Positions 38,756 to 48,132 of a stretch of DNA of 64,000 bases are shown piece after piece. The position numbers and the translations under genes were made by a program. Position 1 is the first letter of the stretch, and every line of letters starts with the position of its first letter. Source of the stretch: an uncultured Planctomycetota bacterium (GTDB lineage: Bacteria; JAJVIF01; JAPKYR01); NCBI GenBank assembly GCA_964354375.1, contig CAYGZQ010000003.1:50040-114039 (forward strand), read 5' to 3'. The notes under the pieces were generated by a model. It was given only the letters and a program-made list of their open reading frames with translations. It searched no databases and was not told the DNA's origin.

Positions 38756-38872
38756 TTCCCCCCCGCTTCGCAGGGGAGAGGTTTTCGACCCAACCGTCCC
38801 CCCCGGTCTTCCTTTAAACTAACCATCCCCCCCGGTCTTCCGGGGGGGATTATAGGGGGGGGCATACCTGCC
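38756..38872. repeat. Intergenic homopolymer-rich repeats: two copies of TCCCCCCCGGTCTTCC, the second forming a C7GG/CCG7 hairpin, with flanking G8 and C8 runs
   Basis: Read directly from the sequence. The ORF 38734..38973 overlapping it is rejected. Confidence 0.45.
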
Positions 38873-39084
38873 GCGTCCGGGAGCGTTTTAGTGTCGGATT
38901 GAACGTCCGATATTGGCAGAAGGGGTATTTGTGGCATATAATGTTCCCGACAAGGGGCGATGGTTCGATCCATCGTCGCATTTTCGGCATCATAACTAAT
39001 GCATGACCCTTGGCATGCTCTTTGAGTTTTAGTCTTTATAACCTGACATTATTATATTATTATATCATTCAAAAGGAGCGCAAC

Positions 39085-40164
39085 ATGGGTCTTCGTTTCA
39101 TGAAGGGCGTGTGCCTCTTCCTCGGCGGGGTCCTCGGTTACGCAATCGCGCTGCTTCTGCAGCCCTACCTGGGCAGCGAGAAGTACGACGAAGTCAAGAG
39201 CATTGTCCCCAACCTTCCCGGCATAATCATCGTGTTCGCCCTGGTCGGGTTCATGCTCGCCAGCATTGCGTACCGCGGTCTCATAAGGTTCAACGAGTGG
39301 TTTCTCAAGCTGATCCTGCAATCCAACGGTCCCAGGCTGGTCAACGGCATCCTGGGCGGGGTTATGGGCCTTGTCCTCGCGTTAGTGATTGACGTGTATT
39401 TCATCAACACGTTTTTCAGCACTCTCGCTGGAGACTACGGGGGCTTCATTTTCCTGGCCTGGGTGGGGATCATCATCATCCTCGTCTACCTCGGTGCGTT
39501 CTTCATGGCCAGCGTGAGGATCGGGATCGGCTCCGAAGAGGGCGGGGATGTCGCGGCTGCAAGCCCCAAAGTGCTCGACACGAACATCATCATTGATGGC
39601 CGAATCTCGGACATCATCCGCTCGAAATTCCTTGAGGGTCTCGTCATCGTGCCCCAAAGCGTGCTGAAGGAGCTCCATAAGCTCGCGGATTCGACCGACA
39701 CTCTGAAGCGCAACCGCGGACGTCTGGGTCTGGAGCATCTGAACAAAATTCAGGAAGCCCAGGACATCAGTATCCAGATTTACGACGATTTCTCCGAGCC
39801 GGACGAGGACACGTTTGACGTCGACAGCCACCTGGTCAGCATCGCCAAGAAAATCGGGGGGAGCATTGTCACGAACGACTACAACCTGAACAAGGTCGCT
39901 GTGCTCCAGGGCGTGCCGGTTCTCAACATCAACGAGCTCGCGAATGCCCTGAAGCCGGTCTTTCTCCCCGGCGAGAATCTCCAGGTGCAGATTATCAAGC
40001 ATGGCAAGGAATCGGGTCAGGGCGTGGCCTATCTTGACGACGGCACCATGATCGTGGTCGAGGGCGGCGACAGCTACATCGGCTGCAATGTCGATGTCGC
40101 GGTGACCAGCATCCTCCAGACCGTCGCGGGCAGGCTGATTTTCGCCAAGCCCCTGAAGGGGTAG
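39085..40164 (+). CDS. Membrane-anchored PIN-domain / TRAM-domain protein (YacL-like)
   Basis: N-terminal TM helices. PIN core [13 protein letters not shown]…[10 protein letters not shown]-terminal TRAM-like β-barrel segment. Start at ATG 39085 with RBS AAGGAG. Confidence 0.75.
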   Translation: MGLRFMKGVCLFLGGVLGYAIALLLQPYLGSEKYDEVKSIVPNLPGIIIVFALVGFMLASIAYRGLIRFNEWFLKLILQSNGPRLVNGILGGVMGLVLALVIDVYFINTFFSTLAGDYGGFIFLAWVGIIIILVYLGAFFMASVRIGIGSEEGGDVAAASPKVLDTNIIIDGRISDIIRSKFLEGLVIVPQSVLKELHKLADSTDTLKRNRGRLGLEHLNKIQEAQDISIQIYDDFSEPDEDTFDVDSHLVSIAKKIGGSIVTNDYNLNKVAVLQGVPVLNINELANALKPVFLPGENLQVQIIKHGKESGQGVAYLDDGTMIVVEGGDSYIGCNVDVAVTSILQTVAGRLIFAKPLKG

Positions 40165-40201
40165 TGACTTCAGGTCAGTGTTCTCTCTCGGTGAAGACAG
40201 C

Positions 40202-40228
40202 AGGCCCCGTTACGGGGCCTTTTTTTTG
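40202..40228 (+). terminator. Rho-independent terminator
   Basis: AGGCCCCGTTACGGGGCCT followed by T8. Confidence 0.75.
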
Positions 40229-40405
40229 AGCCGATCTGAAGGAACCGAGTCATGAATCGGCGAGAGAAGCCTGTCTTCTGCCCTGCGTCTTCACTTCACT
40301 GCCGAATCCTGCTACACTACCGCCACTGCGACAGGGGAATCCGGCCGGAGCCGGTGCAGGTTATCGACATTCCCTGACTTCGATTGTCGGCAAGGAGGAC
40401 GCCAC

Positions 40406-41101
40406 ATGTCCGACCAGTGGTACTACATGGACAACCAGCAGACCAGACAGGGTCCGGTGTCTCAGGAAGTGCTGGAGATCATGCTGTCAGACGGCGTGTT
40501 GCCCGGCGGAGCGCTTGTATGGGCGCCTCATCTGCCGTCCTGGATGCCGGCGAGGCAGGTCGCCGATCTTCACTGGACCCAGCCCCTGTATGCTCCCCCG
40601 GACCCGCAGTCGATCTCGCCCCCGTCAGGCGCGCAGCAGCCCGCGCCGCGCCCGGCGGCGCCTCAGGCTCAGCTGCCCTCTTATGCCCAGCAGCCTTCCT
40701 ATTCCCAGCAGCAGTACGCCCCCCCGCGTCAGCAGCAGCCGACGGCCCAGGTTATGTACGGAATGGACGACGAAGCCATGATTCGATCTCTTTCATCGGC
40801 TGAAAATACGTCCGGGGTTGTCTGGTTGATCATCGCCATTCTCCAGATTCTCAGCTGTGCAGCCATAATAGCCGGAGTCTGGAACATATTCGCAGCCACC
40901 ACCAGCTTCAAGCTCTCCAAGAGGATTCTGACAAGAGACCCGGCGATTCCCTCGATCTACGAGAACATGCAGACGAACCTGATAATCACTCTGGTGATCA
41001 ACCTGGTTCTGGGCGGGCTTATCGGAGCGCTGTGGGTCATTTACGATTTCAATGTGCGCTCGAGGGTTCTGGCGAACGCCCATTTGTTTACGGGCCGATA
41101 G
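40406..41101 (+). CDS. Membrane protein with an N-terminal DUF4339 (GYF-like) domain, a P/Q-rich linker and C-terminal TM helices
   Basis: WYY…QGPVS…L…G.L…ALVWAP.LPSWMPA pattern. Confidence 0.55.
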   Translation: MSDQWYYMDNQQTRQGPVSQEVLEIMLSDGVLPGGALVWAPHLPSWMPARQVADLHWTQPLYAPPDPQSISPPSGAQQPAPRPAAPQAQLPSYAQQPSYSQQQYAPPRQQQPTAQVMYGMDDEAMIRSLSSAENTSGVVWLIIAILQILSCAAIIAGVWNIFAATTSFKLSKRILTRDPAIPSIYENMQTNLIITLVINLVLGGLIGALWVIYDFNVRSRVLANAHLFTGR

Positions 41102-41168
41102 CCCGACCTGATGCCGGCTCCGACGGGGAAAGGAAGGCTTCGAGAGCCCTGTCGAATCGCGAAGTCAT

Positions 41169-41196
41169 GACCGGGATCGACCCGGTCGTTTTTTTC
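41169..41196 (+). terminator. Rho-independent terminator
   Basis: GACCGGGATCGACCCGGTC followed by GTTTTTTT. Confidence 0.65.
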
Positions 41197-41298
41197 CGCC
41201 TCGGACTCTCCCGGCTATCGCTATTTATGCTATAATATCGCCGTACGCTGCAGGACTGATCTCCCTTTTCGCATAACTAAAATGGGAGATGTGCAATT

Positions 41299-41805
41299 AT
41301 GGGATCAGCAAGAGTTGCAGGCATAGTCCGTGTCGCCGGGGCGCTCATAATCCTCCTGTGGTCCATGAGCCCGCTTGGCCTGGCGTCCTGCACAAAGGCC
41401 CGGAGCGGTGCGGGGAAAATCGATCCCGAGCTGGAGAGATCGCGCCTCGCCGAAGCTTCAAGCCTTCTTGACAAGGGCGCGTACGACGAGGCGATCGATA
41501 AGTGCAACCAGATCATCGCGTGCAACCCGAACTGCGCATACGCTTATCTTGTCCGCGGGAATTCCCATTTCAGAAAAGACGAGCGAGAACTGGCAATAGA
41601 GGACTACTCAAAAACGATCGAGCTCGATCCCGACAACGCGAAGGCGTACTGTAATCGGGGATCGGTGCTGGCGAAAAATGGGGAGCTGGTGGCCGCAATC
41701 AAGGACCTCCAGAAGGCGCTGGATCTGGATCCATATCTGGCTGAAGCTCGCCAGATGCTTCAACGGGCCGAGCACGAACTCAGCCTGCAGCAGACCGGGG
41801 AGTAG
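41299..41805 (+). CDS. TPR-repeat lipoprotein
   Basis: Signal/lipobox …GLASCTKA; three TPR units (AYAYLVRGNSHF…, AKAYCNRGSVL…). Confidence 0.7.
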   Translation: MGSARVAGIVRVAGALIILLWSMSPLGLASCTKARSGAGKIDPELERSRLAEASSLLDKGAYDEAIDKCNQIIACNPNCAYAYLVRGNSHFRKDERELAIEDYSKTIELDPDNAKAYCNRGSVLAKNGELVAAIKDLQKALDLDPYLAEARQMLQRAEHELSLQQTGE

Positions 41806-41853
41806 AATGCGTATCCTGCGCATGGCTCTCACTTGTATGTTACAATCCGTTGC

Positions 41854-42573
41854 ATGAAAACCGCTTGCTGCATTGTCGCAGCCGGTCAGGGGAGTCGACT
41901 CGGCGAGGAGTGGGCCGGTACGCCTAAAGCGCTGGTTCCGATCCTCGGACGTGCGATGCTCTATTACTCCCTCCACGCTTTCGACAATGCCGGTCCAATC
42001 GACAGATTCGTCATCGCGGCTCCAGAGGATTCGGTGAAGGTTTTCCGGGAGCAAGCAAGGATATGGGGGTTTTCCCGGCCGTCGGAAGTCGTGGCCGGCG
42101 GCGAGACCCGTGCCCAAAGCGTTCTGAACGCGCTTAGAGAGCTGAAAGCGGACCCTCCGGACATTGTTCTTATTCACGACTGCGCGAGGCCGTGTCTGAC
42201 CTCGGAGATGATATCGGCCCTTTTTCAGGCATCGTCCGGCGGTAAGGCCTGTGTGCTTGGGCATCCGACAGTCGACACGCTCAGGGAGGTCGAGGGCGAC
42301 AGGATCGTGCTCGAGATCGATCGATCCGCCGTCGCGGCCCTGGAGACTCCGCAGCTGTTCCCGTATCAACGGATTCTGGAGCTGCATGAGCAGTCCCAGG
42401 GAGATGAGGAACTGCCCGACGACACCACCTTATTCACTCGCGCGGGCGAATACGTGAAACTTGTTTATCATGAAGGCAGCAACATAAAGGTGACGTATCC
42501 AGAGGACATCGCGGCGGCCGAAGGGATACTCTTCCAGAGGGGCTGGCAGGACGCCGGGGAAGGAGAGGAATAG
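41854..42573 (+). CDS. ispD: 2-C-methyl-D-erythritol 4-phosphate cytidylyltransferase IspD
   Basis: MKTACCIVAAGQGSRLG…PKALVPILGR N-terminal signature, with ispF immediately downstream. Confidence 0.85.
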   Translation: MKTACCIVAAGQGSRLGEEWAGTPKALVPILGRAMLYYSLHAFDNAGPIDRFVIAAPEDSVKVFREQARIWGFSRPSEVVAGGETRAQSVLNALRELKADPPDIVLIHDCARPCLTSEMISALFQASSGGKACVLGHPTVDTLREVEGDRIVLEIDRSAVAALETPQLFPYQRILELHEQSQGDEELPDDTTLFTRAGEYVKLVYHEGSNIKVTYPEDIAAAEGILFQRGWQDAGEGEE

Positions 42574-43575
42574 ATGTCTCCGACCGGACCCGAGAACGCT
42601 GCCTGGCGCGTCGGCATCGGATACGACGTCCACCGGCTTGTCGAGGGCAGAAAGCTCATCCTCGGCGGCGTGAAAATCGCCCATCCCACCGGCCTTCTCG
42701 GACATTCCGATGCGGACGTCCTCGCTCATACCGTGATGAGTGCACTTCTCGGTGCGATGGCCGCGGGAAGCCTTGGCGACCATTTCCCCGACACCGACCC
42801 GCAATACAAAAACATCTCGTCCATCGACCTACTTGAGCGAGTCAGGATCCTCATGGAGGAAAGCGGGTGGGTGCTTGAGAATGTCGATTGTATGGTTATA
42901 TGCGACGCTCCAAGACTTGCTCCACATATTGAGCTCATGAGAATGAACCTTTCGGAGGCTCTGCGTGTTCCAATAGAATGCGTGTCGGTCAAGGCGACCA
43001 GCACCGAGGGGCTTGGATACACCGGGACTGGAGAGGGGATCGCCGCGCAGGCGATCTGCCTTCTGAAAATGCCCGGAGAGGAGACCGAGAAGCCTGCCAA
43101 GGATAAGCGAAAATCCGAGAAAACGAAGAAAAAGCCTCAGATGCCGCCGCCCTTGCCGACGATCCGTCCGGGCGAGCTGGAGGGATGCGTTGCGCAGATA
43201 GACGGCGCATCGTCCGGGAACCCGGGACCGTCCGGTATCGGGATAGTTTTTGAAAATCCCGCCGGACATATGATCGGGAAGCTTGCGGAGTCGATCGGCG
43301 AGCGAACGAACAACCAGGCTGAATACCTGGCCGCCATCAGGGCGGCCGAGATATGCGCGGAGTGGGGGGTCAGGAAGCTTTACATCCTGACCGACAGCGA
43401 ATTGTTGTCGAAGCAGCTGGGTGGTTCATACAGGGTCAAGAATCCGGGGATACTAAGACTGTATAAGCGTCTTTCAGAGATTCTGTCGGGGTTCGAGAAA
43501 TGGAAAGTGAAACATGTGAGCCGTGAGGAGAACAAGGAAGCCGACAGGCTGAGTAGGGCGGCCTTGAAAAAGTAG
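42574..43575 (+). CDS. ispF: Fusion protein: MEcPP synthase IspF (N-terminal) plus RNase HI-like domain (C-terminal), joined by a Lys-rich linker
   Basis: IspF: GIGYDVHRLVEGRKLILGGV…GHSDADVLAHT. RNase H: IDGASSGNPGPSGIGIV (D), TNNQAEYLAAI (E), ILTDSELL (D), ENKEADRLSRAA (D). Linker EKPAKDKRKSEKTKKKPQMPPPLP. Confidence 0.85.
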   Translation: MSPTGPENAAWRVGIGYDVHRLVEGRKLILGGVKIAHPTGLLGHSDADVLAHTVMSALLGAMAAGSLGDHFPDTDPQYKNISSIDLLERVRILMEESGWVLENVDCMVICDAPRLAPHIELMRMNLSEALRVPIECVSVKATSTEGLGYTGTGEGIAAQAICLLKMPGEETEKPAKDKRKSEKTKKKPQMPPPLPTIRPGELEGCVAQIDGASSGNPGPSGIGIVFENPAGHMIGKLAESIGERTNNQAEYLAAIRAAEICAEWGVRKLYILTDSELLSKQLGGSYRVKNPGILRLYKRLSEILSGFEKWKVKHVSREENKEADRLSRAALKK

Positions 43576-43599
43576 GGCGGAAGCATATACTAGCAAGGT

Positions 43600-43997
43600 T
43601 TGGGGAGCAGGCGAGGCGATCGCCGTCGTGGGCCCCGAGATTTTCGAGGGGCGCACGTCGGAGGAAAGTCCGAGCACCGCAGGGCAGGACGCTGGGTAAT
43701 ACCCAGGCGGCGCGAGCCGATGGAAAGTGCAAAGAAACCAGACCGCCCGGGCGGAAGCCCGGGTAAGGGTGTGAAGGTGAGGCAAGAGCTCACCGGCGGC
43801 CTGGCGACAGGTCCGTGCAAGCAAACCCCGTCCGGTGCAAGTCAAATCGGGAATACAGGGCTGCCCGTCCTTTCCCGAGGTAGACGCTGGAGGCAGACGG
43901 TAACGTCTGTCGTAGATGGATGATCGCGAGCCAGGGTCCCGAGCGTTGCGAAGGACCGGGCGGAACAGAACTCGGCTTATCGTCCGCTCCCCTTTCA
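43600..43997 (+). ncRNA. rnpB: RNase P RNA (bacterial type A)
   Basis: GGAGGAAAGTCCGAGCACCGCAGGGCAGG (P4 and surrounding region), GGTAAGGGTGAAGGTG, GCAAGAGCTCACCG and ACAGAACTCGGCTTATCG. The P1 strands GGGGAGCAGGCGA and TCGTCCGCTCCCC define the ends. Confidence 0.88.
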
Positions 43998-44101
43998 GCC
44001 CCTGGTCCGGCGAAGGGCTGATGTTGAAGACTTTGCGCTTTCGTGGCTGAGAAACCGATAGACATGGCGAGTCCCCGGACATCCGGGTTGAGGAAAGACT
44101 G

Positions 44102-46387
44102 GTGAATGAAATGCAAAGGCAGATTACTTACTTGCTCGCGGCAGCTTTGACTCTGTCGCTACTTACTTCCTGCGGCGGAGTCGCGTCGAATCCGACATCT
44201 CCGAATTTCAACCAGCCCGGTCAGGGCGGAACGGCCGGCCAGCAGGGAGCCGCAGGGGAACAGACCGGCTTGCCCGGCCTGCCCGGACAGGTGTCCGGCG
44301 GCGGGGCGGCCATGGGTGAGCAGATCCTCGAGGGCACCTATGACACGCTCTGGCCTCAGGGGCTGAGCGCCATGGAAGGCGGTCAGGTGGTTAACGCCGC
44401 GCAGTGCTTCAAGAGCGCTTTGGCACAGGATTCCACAAAGGTCGATGCCGCTCTTGCCTACGCGGTGTCCGACGTCATGCGCGACCATCGAAGGTATTCG
44501 GTCTTCCTGCATCCCGGGGTGGACAAGCTCTTCATGAACACCCCCCTTATCGGACATGCAGAGGTCTTCCCCAATCCCTTCCTGCCCGAGGATTCCTACT
44601 TTCTCAGGCTTGCCGCTCTCGGCTACAGAACCAGGAAACTGGTCCCAATGATGACCTACCCCATACTGGCACCTGTCGATACAGAGCTGTTCTTCACCCC
44701 GGATACATACCTGGCGCTTTCGGGCCTGCGGCAGGAGGGCAATCAGACCGGCACGCAGACCACAATGGGTGGGACCGGTTCAGATGCAGGTGGAAACACT
44801 GTTGCTCCACCCGGTGGAGGGCCACCGCATGGCCCGCAGCCGCCGGCACCGCCACCGCCGGGCGGCGAGTCCACCCAGGGAGTCCACAAGCTGAACCTGG
44901 CTCCCCCCAAGCCCGCTGATGCGAAGCAGGGTCCGGGACCGGGCACCGGGTCCGGATCCGACACGGACCGGGGCGGGAACACCCCACCTGGGGGAACAAT
45001 CGGCGGGCTGGGCTTCGGCCTCGAGGGTCCGGCTGGGCCCCCTAAGGCGCTTCCCGAGAGGGATGAAGCCATTTCTGAACTTGAATGGGAAACGTTGTTG
45101 TCCGAGTACAGGGACGGCGCGTCCCGCGACGGAGCCGACATGTTCCTGTGTGCCAACTTCTACGAAAACCTGAGGACGCTCCACGAGGAAGTCATCGAAC
45201 ACATCACGAATCTGGAGAATGTCCGGTCCGGTGCCGAGGCCGAGGGCTACTCGCTAAGTCTGCCCTTCAACTCGATCGACGGCACCAAGAAAGTGACCAT
45301 GGCGCTCGATGTGGACGACTATCATCTGATCCTTGATTATTTTAAGCTCCTCGATGTCCTGCTCAGCTACGTGGAAGCCTACAATCATGAACTCCAGTAT
45401 ATGCTGCCGACCGATTCAATCGCGGACATGAACGGCGACCAGATTCTCACACCTGACGAGTATCTGCCCGACGCCCCGTTTGGCACTCTCGACCAGGGCG
45501 GCAAAGACACCCTTGGCGGCCTCCTCCCTGCTTTCACCGGTGCGCTCACGATCCTGAACAACGACATGCGTCCGTTACTTCAGGCCACCCAGCTTATCCA
45601 GGCGGGCGATCCTGAGAAGAAGGAAATATTCTATCTGTCGAGCTTCCATCGCAATTACATTCTCATTGAGGAATGGACAGATCTTGTTCAGTCCATCGGT
45701 GAGAAATCCTCCGGCGGTACCGCAATCAAGCTGGCGAGCGGCGCGGACATCGTCGAGGCCGTCGCGGTGTACGATGCTCTCTTCGTCACTCCCCTCGAGG
45801 ACATACGGGGTCCGCTGCCGTCGTACGATTTCGCGACACGGGCGCTGATTACGGATGAAGAGGGGAAATGGAGCAGCGATCCGACATTCGGCGGCTTCTT
45901 CCCCGAGGGTCTGAGCGCTGAGGGGACATACTCGACCGCAGGGCGTTTTTCCGCGGCCGTATACGATGAGCAGATGGGCAGGGCTGTAGGAGACAAGGTA
46001 AACCTCGGTGACCTTAGTGGCGATGTCGGTGAGACCGGGCTGGTGACTGTCAATAACGCTCTCATCAACGAGCTCACCGGGACTCCGTTTGCAGTGTTCG
46101 ACAAGGACGGCGAGGAAGTCGGGACCGGCGCCGTCCGGACTCTGTTCGAGGTGATCCCCCTGTTCGACGTGGCCAAGATCAGCATGATGCTCGCGCCGAT
46201 GATCGGCGGTGGGCCTGAGGGAATGATTCAGGAGGCCACTGGCGCAACCGGCACAAGCGCGCCGGCGGAAGGTGTCGGCCCTGAGCCGACTCCTCCGGCC
46301 GAGGGCGCCGCCGATCAGAACGGCGAAGGAACCGGCGGAAACGGTGAGAAGCCCGTCGATACGGACGGCGAACAGAAGCCCGCTTGA
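44102..46387 (+). CDS. Large hypothetical lipoprotein with G/P-rich low-complexity segments
   Basis: Signal/lipobox MNEMQRQITYLLAAALTLSLLTSCGG; RBS GAGGAAAG. Confidence 0.65.
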   Translation: MNEMQRQITYLLAAALTLSLLTSCGGVASNPTSPNFNQPGQGGTAGQQGAAGEQTGLPGLPGQVSGGGAAMGEQILEGTYDTLWPQGLSAMEGGQVVNAAQCFKSALAQDSTKVDAALAYAVSDVMRDHRRYSVFLHPGVDKLFMNTPLIGHAEVFPNPFLPEDSYFLRLAALGYRTRKLVPMMTYPILAPVDTELFFTPDTYLALSGLRQEGNQTGTQTTMGGTGSDAGGNTVAPPGGGPPHGPQPPAPPPPGGESTQGVHKLNLAPPKPADAKQGPGPGTGSGSDTDRGGNTPPGGTIGGLGFGLEGPAGPPKALPERDEAISELEWETLLSEYRDGASRDGADMFLCANFYENLRTLHEEVIEHITNLENVRSGAEAEGYSLSLPFNSIDGTKKVTMALDVDDYHLILDYFKLLDVLLSYVEAYNHELQYMLPTDSIADMNGDQILTPDEYLPDAPFGTLDQGGKDTLGGLLPAFTGALTILNNDMRPLLQATQLIQAGDPEKKEIFYLSSFHRNYILIEEWTDLVQSIGEKSSGGTAIKLASGADIVEAVAVYDALFVTPLEDIRGPLPSYDFATRALITDEEGKWSSDPTFGGFFPEGLSAEGTYSTAGRFSAAVYDEQMGRAVGDKVNLGDLSGDVGETGLVTVNNALINELTGTPFAVFDKDGEEVGTGAVRTLFEVIPLFDVAKISMMLAPMIGGGPEGMIQEATGATGTSAPAEGVGPEPTPPAEGAADQNGEGTGGNGEKPVDTDGEQKPA

Positions 46388-46447
46388 GTTGCAGAATCGC
46401 TTGAGCCGATTAACCCGACCGCCGGTTCGCCGGTGGTCGTTTACATT

Positions 46448-47302
46448 ATGCCGATCGACACACACTGCCACCTTACCCTACGATTCGATCCCGGTGAGAT
46501 TGCCCAGGTTCTGGATCGCGCTCTCAGGGCAGGCGTCCAAGGAGTCATCTTGGTCGGCTACTGTCCCGTGCATTACAGGAAGACCGCCGACATACTGGAC
46601 GGCTTCGGCACCGGCGGCTGGACTCTCCCTGCGCTCGCCGGGACTATAGGCATCCACCCTCACGAAGCGGACAATCACTCGCCGTCTGACATTGACAAGC
46701 TCCGCCCGGAGCTGGATCGTCCCGACATTGTCGCCATCGGTGAGACCGGACTCGATTTCTTTCGCGACTACGCCGACCGCAACAGGCAGAAGGAGCTTTT
46801 CCGGGCCCAGGTGAAACTCTCGGCCGACAGCGGCTTTCCACTTGTGATACACTCCCGCAATGCGTTTGACCGCACGGTCGCGATACTTCGCGAGGTGAGG
46901 CTTCCTGAGCGCCCCGGTGTATTCCACTGCTACGGCTACGGGCCTGATGAGGTCGAGACGATAATCGGCATGGGGTTCTTTGTGTCCTTCGCGGGTAATC
47001 TTACTTATCCGAGTGCATCCGATCTGCACCAGGCTTCGAAGCGGGTGCCGGGGGACCGCGTTCTGGTCGAGACCGACAGCCCGTTTCTCGTGCCGCAGAA
47101 AGCGAAGAACCGCAAGGTCAAACGGAATGAGCCTCAGTACGTAGCCGAGATATTCGTCAGGCTGGCTGAACTCCGCGGATGGGACCCCATCGAGGCCGAA
47201 TCTGCTATGATTGCCAATACGCTTTCCTGTTTTCCGAGGCTTCGCGACATCGGATCCTGGTCCTTGCTCTCCGCGAGTCAAAGCAGGGAGGCGTCGATCT
47301 AG
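46448..47302 (+). CDS. tatD: TatD-family metal-dependent DNase/hydrolase
   Basis: MPIDTHCHL, GETGLDF and VIHSRNA motifs. Confidence 0.85.
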   Translation: MPIDTHCHLTLRFDPGEIAQVLDRALRAGVQGVILVGYCPVHYRKTADILDGFGTGGWTLPALAGTIGIHPHEADNHSPSDIDKLRPELDRPDIVAIGETGLDFFRDYADRNRQKELFRAQVKLSADSGFPLVIHSRNAFDRTVAILREVRLPERPGVFHCYGYGPDEVETIIGMGFFVSFAGNLTYPSASDLHQASKRVPGDRVLVETDSPFLVPQKAKNRKVKRNEPQYVAEIFVRLAELRGWDPIEAESAMIANTLSCFPRLRDIGSWSLLSASQSREASI

Positions 47303-48124
47303 ATGGCCACCCGATATTTCATAGCGTTGTCCGTGGTGTTGGCCGGTATCGACCAGATTACCAAGTATCTCGCGATCAGGCTGGTCGATTTCGAGAGGCT
47401 TGAGGCGCTCCTGTCCGGCCAGATCAGTCCCGAGCGGAACGAGATTATCCCCGATTTCTACTACCTGACTCTGACGTTCAATAAGGGCATCGCCTGGGGC
47501 ATGCTTCCCGAATGGAGCGAGTACTTCACCTACTTCGCCATCATCATGGTGCTCGTCATCCTGATGATCCTGAGGAAGCTGGATCGTGACGAGGTCTGGC
47601 TGAAGATAGCGCTCGCGTTCCAGATGGCGGGCGCGATCGGCAACATGTCCGACCGTCTGATTCACCACAGGGTGACCGATTTTGTCGATGTGGTCCTTTT
47701 CCCGGGCACGAGATGGCAGTACGACTGGCCGATTTTCAATCTTGCCGACAGCTTCGTGGTAATCGGGACCGTCGTCCTTGTGCTGGTGCTGGTTTTCGCG
47801 AAGGAAGCCAGACCTGAGCCTTCCGAGGTGCAGGCGCAGCCCGTTTCGGGCGACCTTTCCGCACTGCCTGCGAGCGGCGCCTGGGAGAGTGTCGAGAGGC
47901 TCCAGGGCAGCGTGCCGACTGAGGAGGGTCTTGTCGAGATACCGGCCGAGTCGCGCTCCGAGATGCTCGCCCCCTTCGAGGAAGCTGCGTTTCGGGCGGA
48001 AGAGATCGAGGAGCCGCTTGGCACCCGTCCGCCTGCAGGCGACGAGAAGGTTCACGAGCCTGATTCGGTGGTTGATCGCGACAAGCTGGACGAGTTGAGC
48101 AAACGTCCCGAGCGGGATGAGTAG
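47303..48124 (+). CDS. lspA: Lipoprotein signal peptidase II with a ~100-aa acidic C-terminal extension
   Basis: GIDQITKY, FNKGIAWG and FNLADSFVVIG motifs; 4 TM helices. Confidence 0.8.
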   Translation: MATRYFIALSVVLAGIDQITKYLAIRLVDFERLEALLSGQISPERNEIIPDFYYLTLTFNKGIAWGMLPEWSEYFTYFAIIMVLVILMILRKLDRDEVWLKIALAFQMAGAIGNMSDRLIHHRVTDFVDVVLFPGTRWQYDWPIFNLADSFVVIGTVVLVLVLVFAKEARPEPSEVQAQPVSGDLSALPASGAWESVERLQGSVPTEEGLVEIPAESRSEMLAPFEEAAFRAEEIEEPLGTRPPAGDEKVHEPDSVVDRDKLDELSKRPERDE

Positions 48125-48132
48125 CGCCGAAA

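Noticed and set aside
38734-38973. 79-aa ORF on the minus strand
   Set aside because: It lies entirely within the homopolymer/hairpin repeat region, has a low-complexity Pro/Gly translation and no RBS.
41833-41853. Upstream ATG 41833 as the ispD start
   Set aside because: The 7 extra residues (MYVTIRC) overlap a TACAAT -10-like box. The IspD N-terminal motif begins at the second Met.
43474-44116. ORFs 43474..44082(-), 43590..43820(-), 43600..43923(+) and 43790..44116(-)
   Set aside because: They overlap the RNase P RNA gene and are high-GC artefacts.
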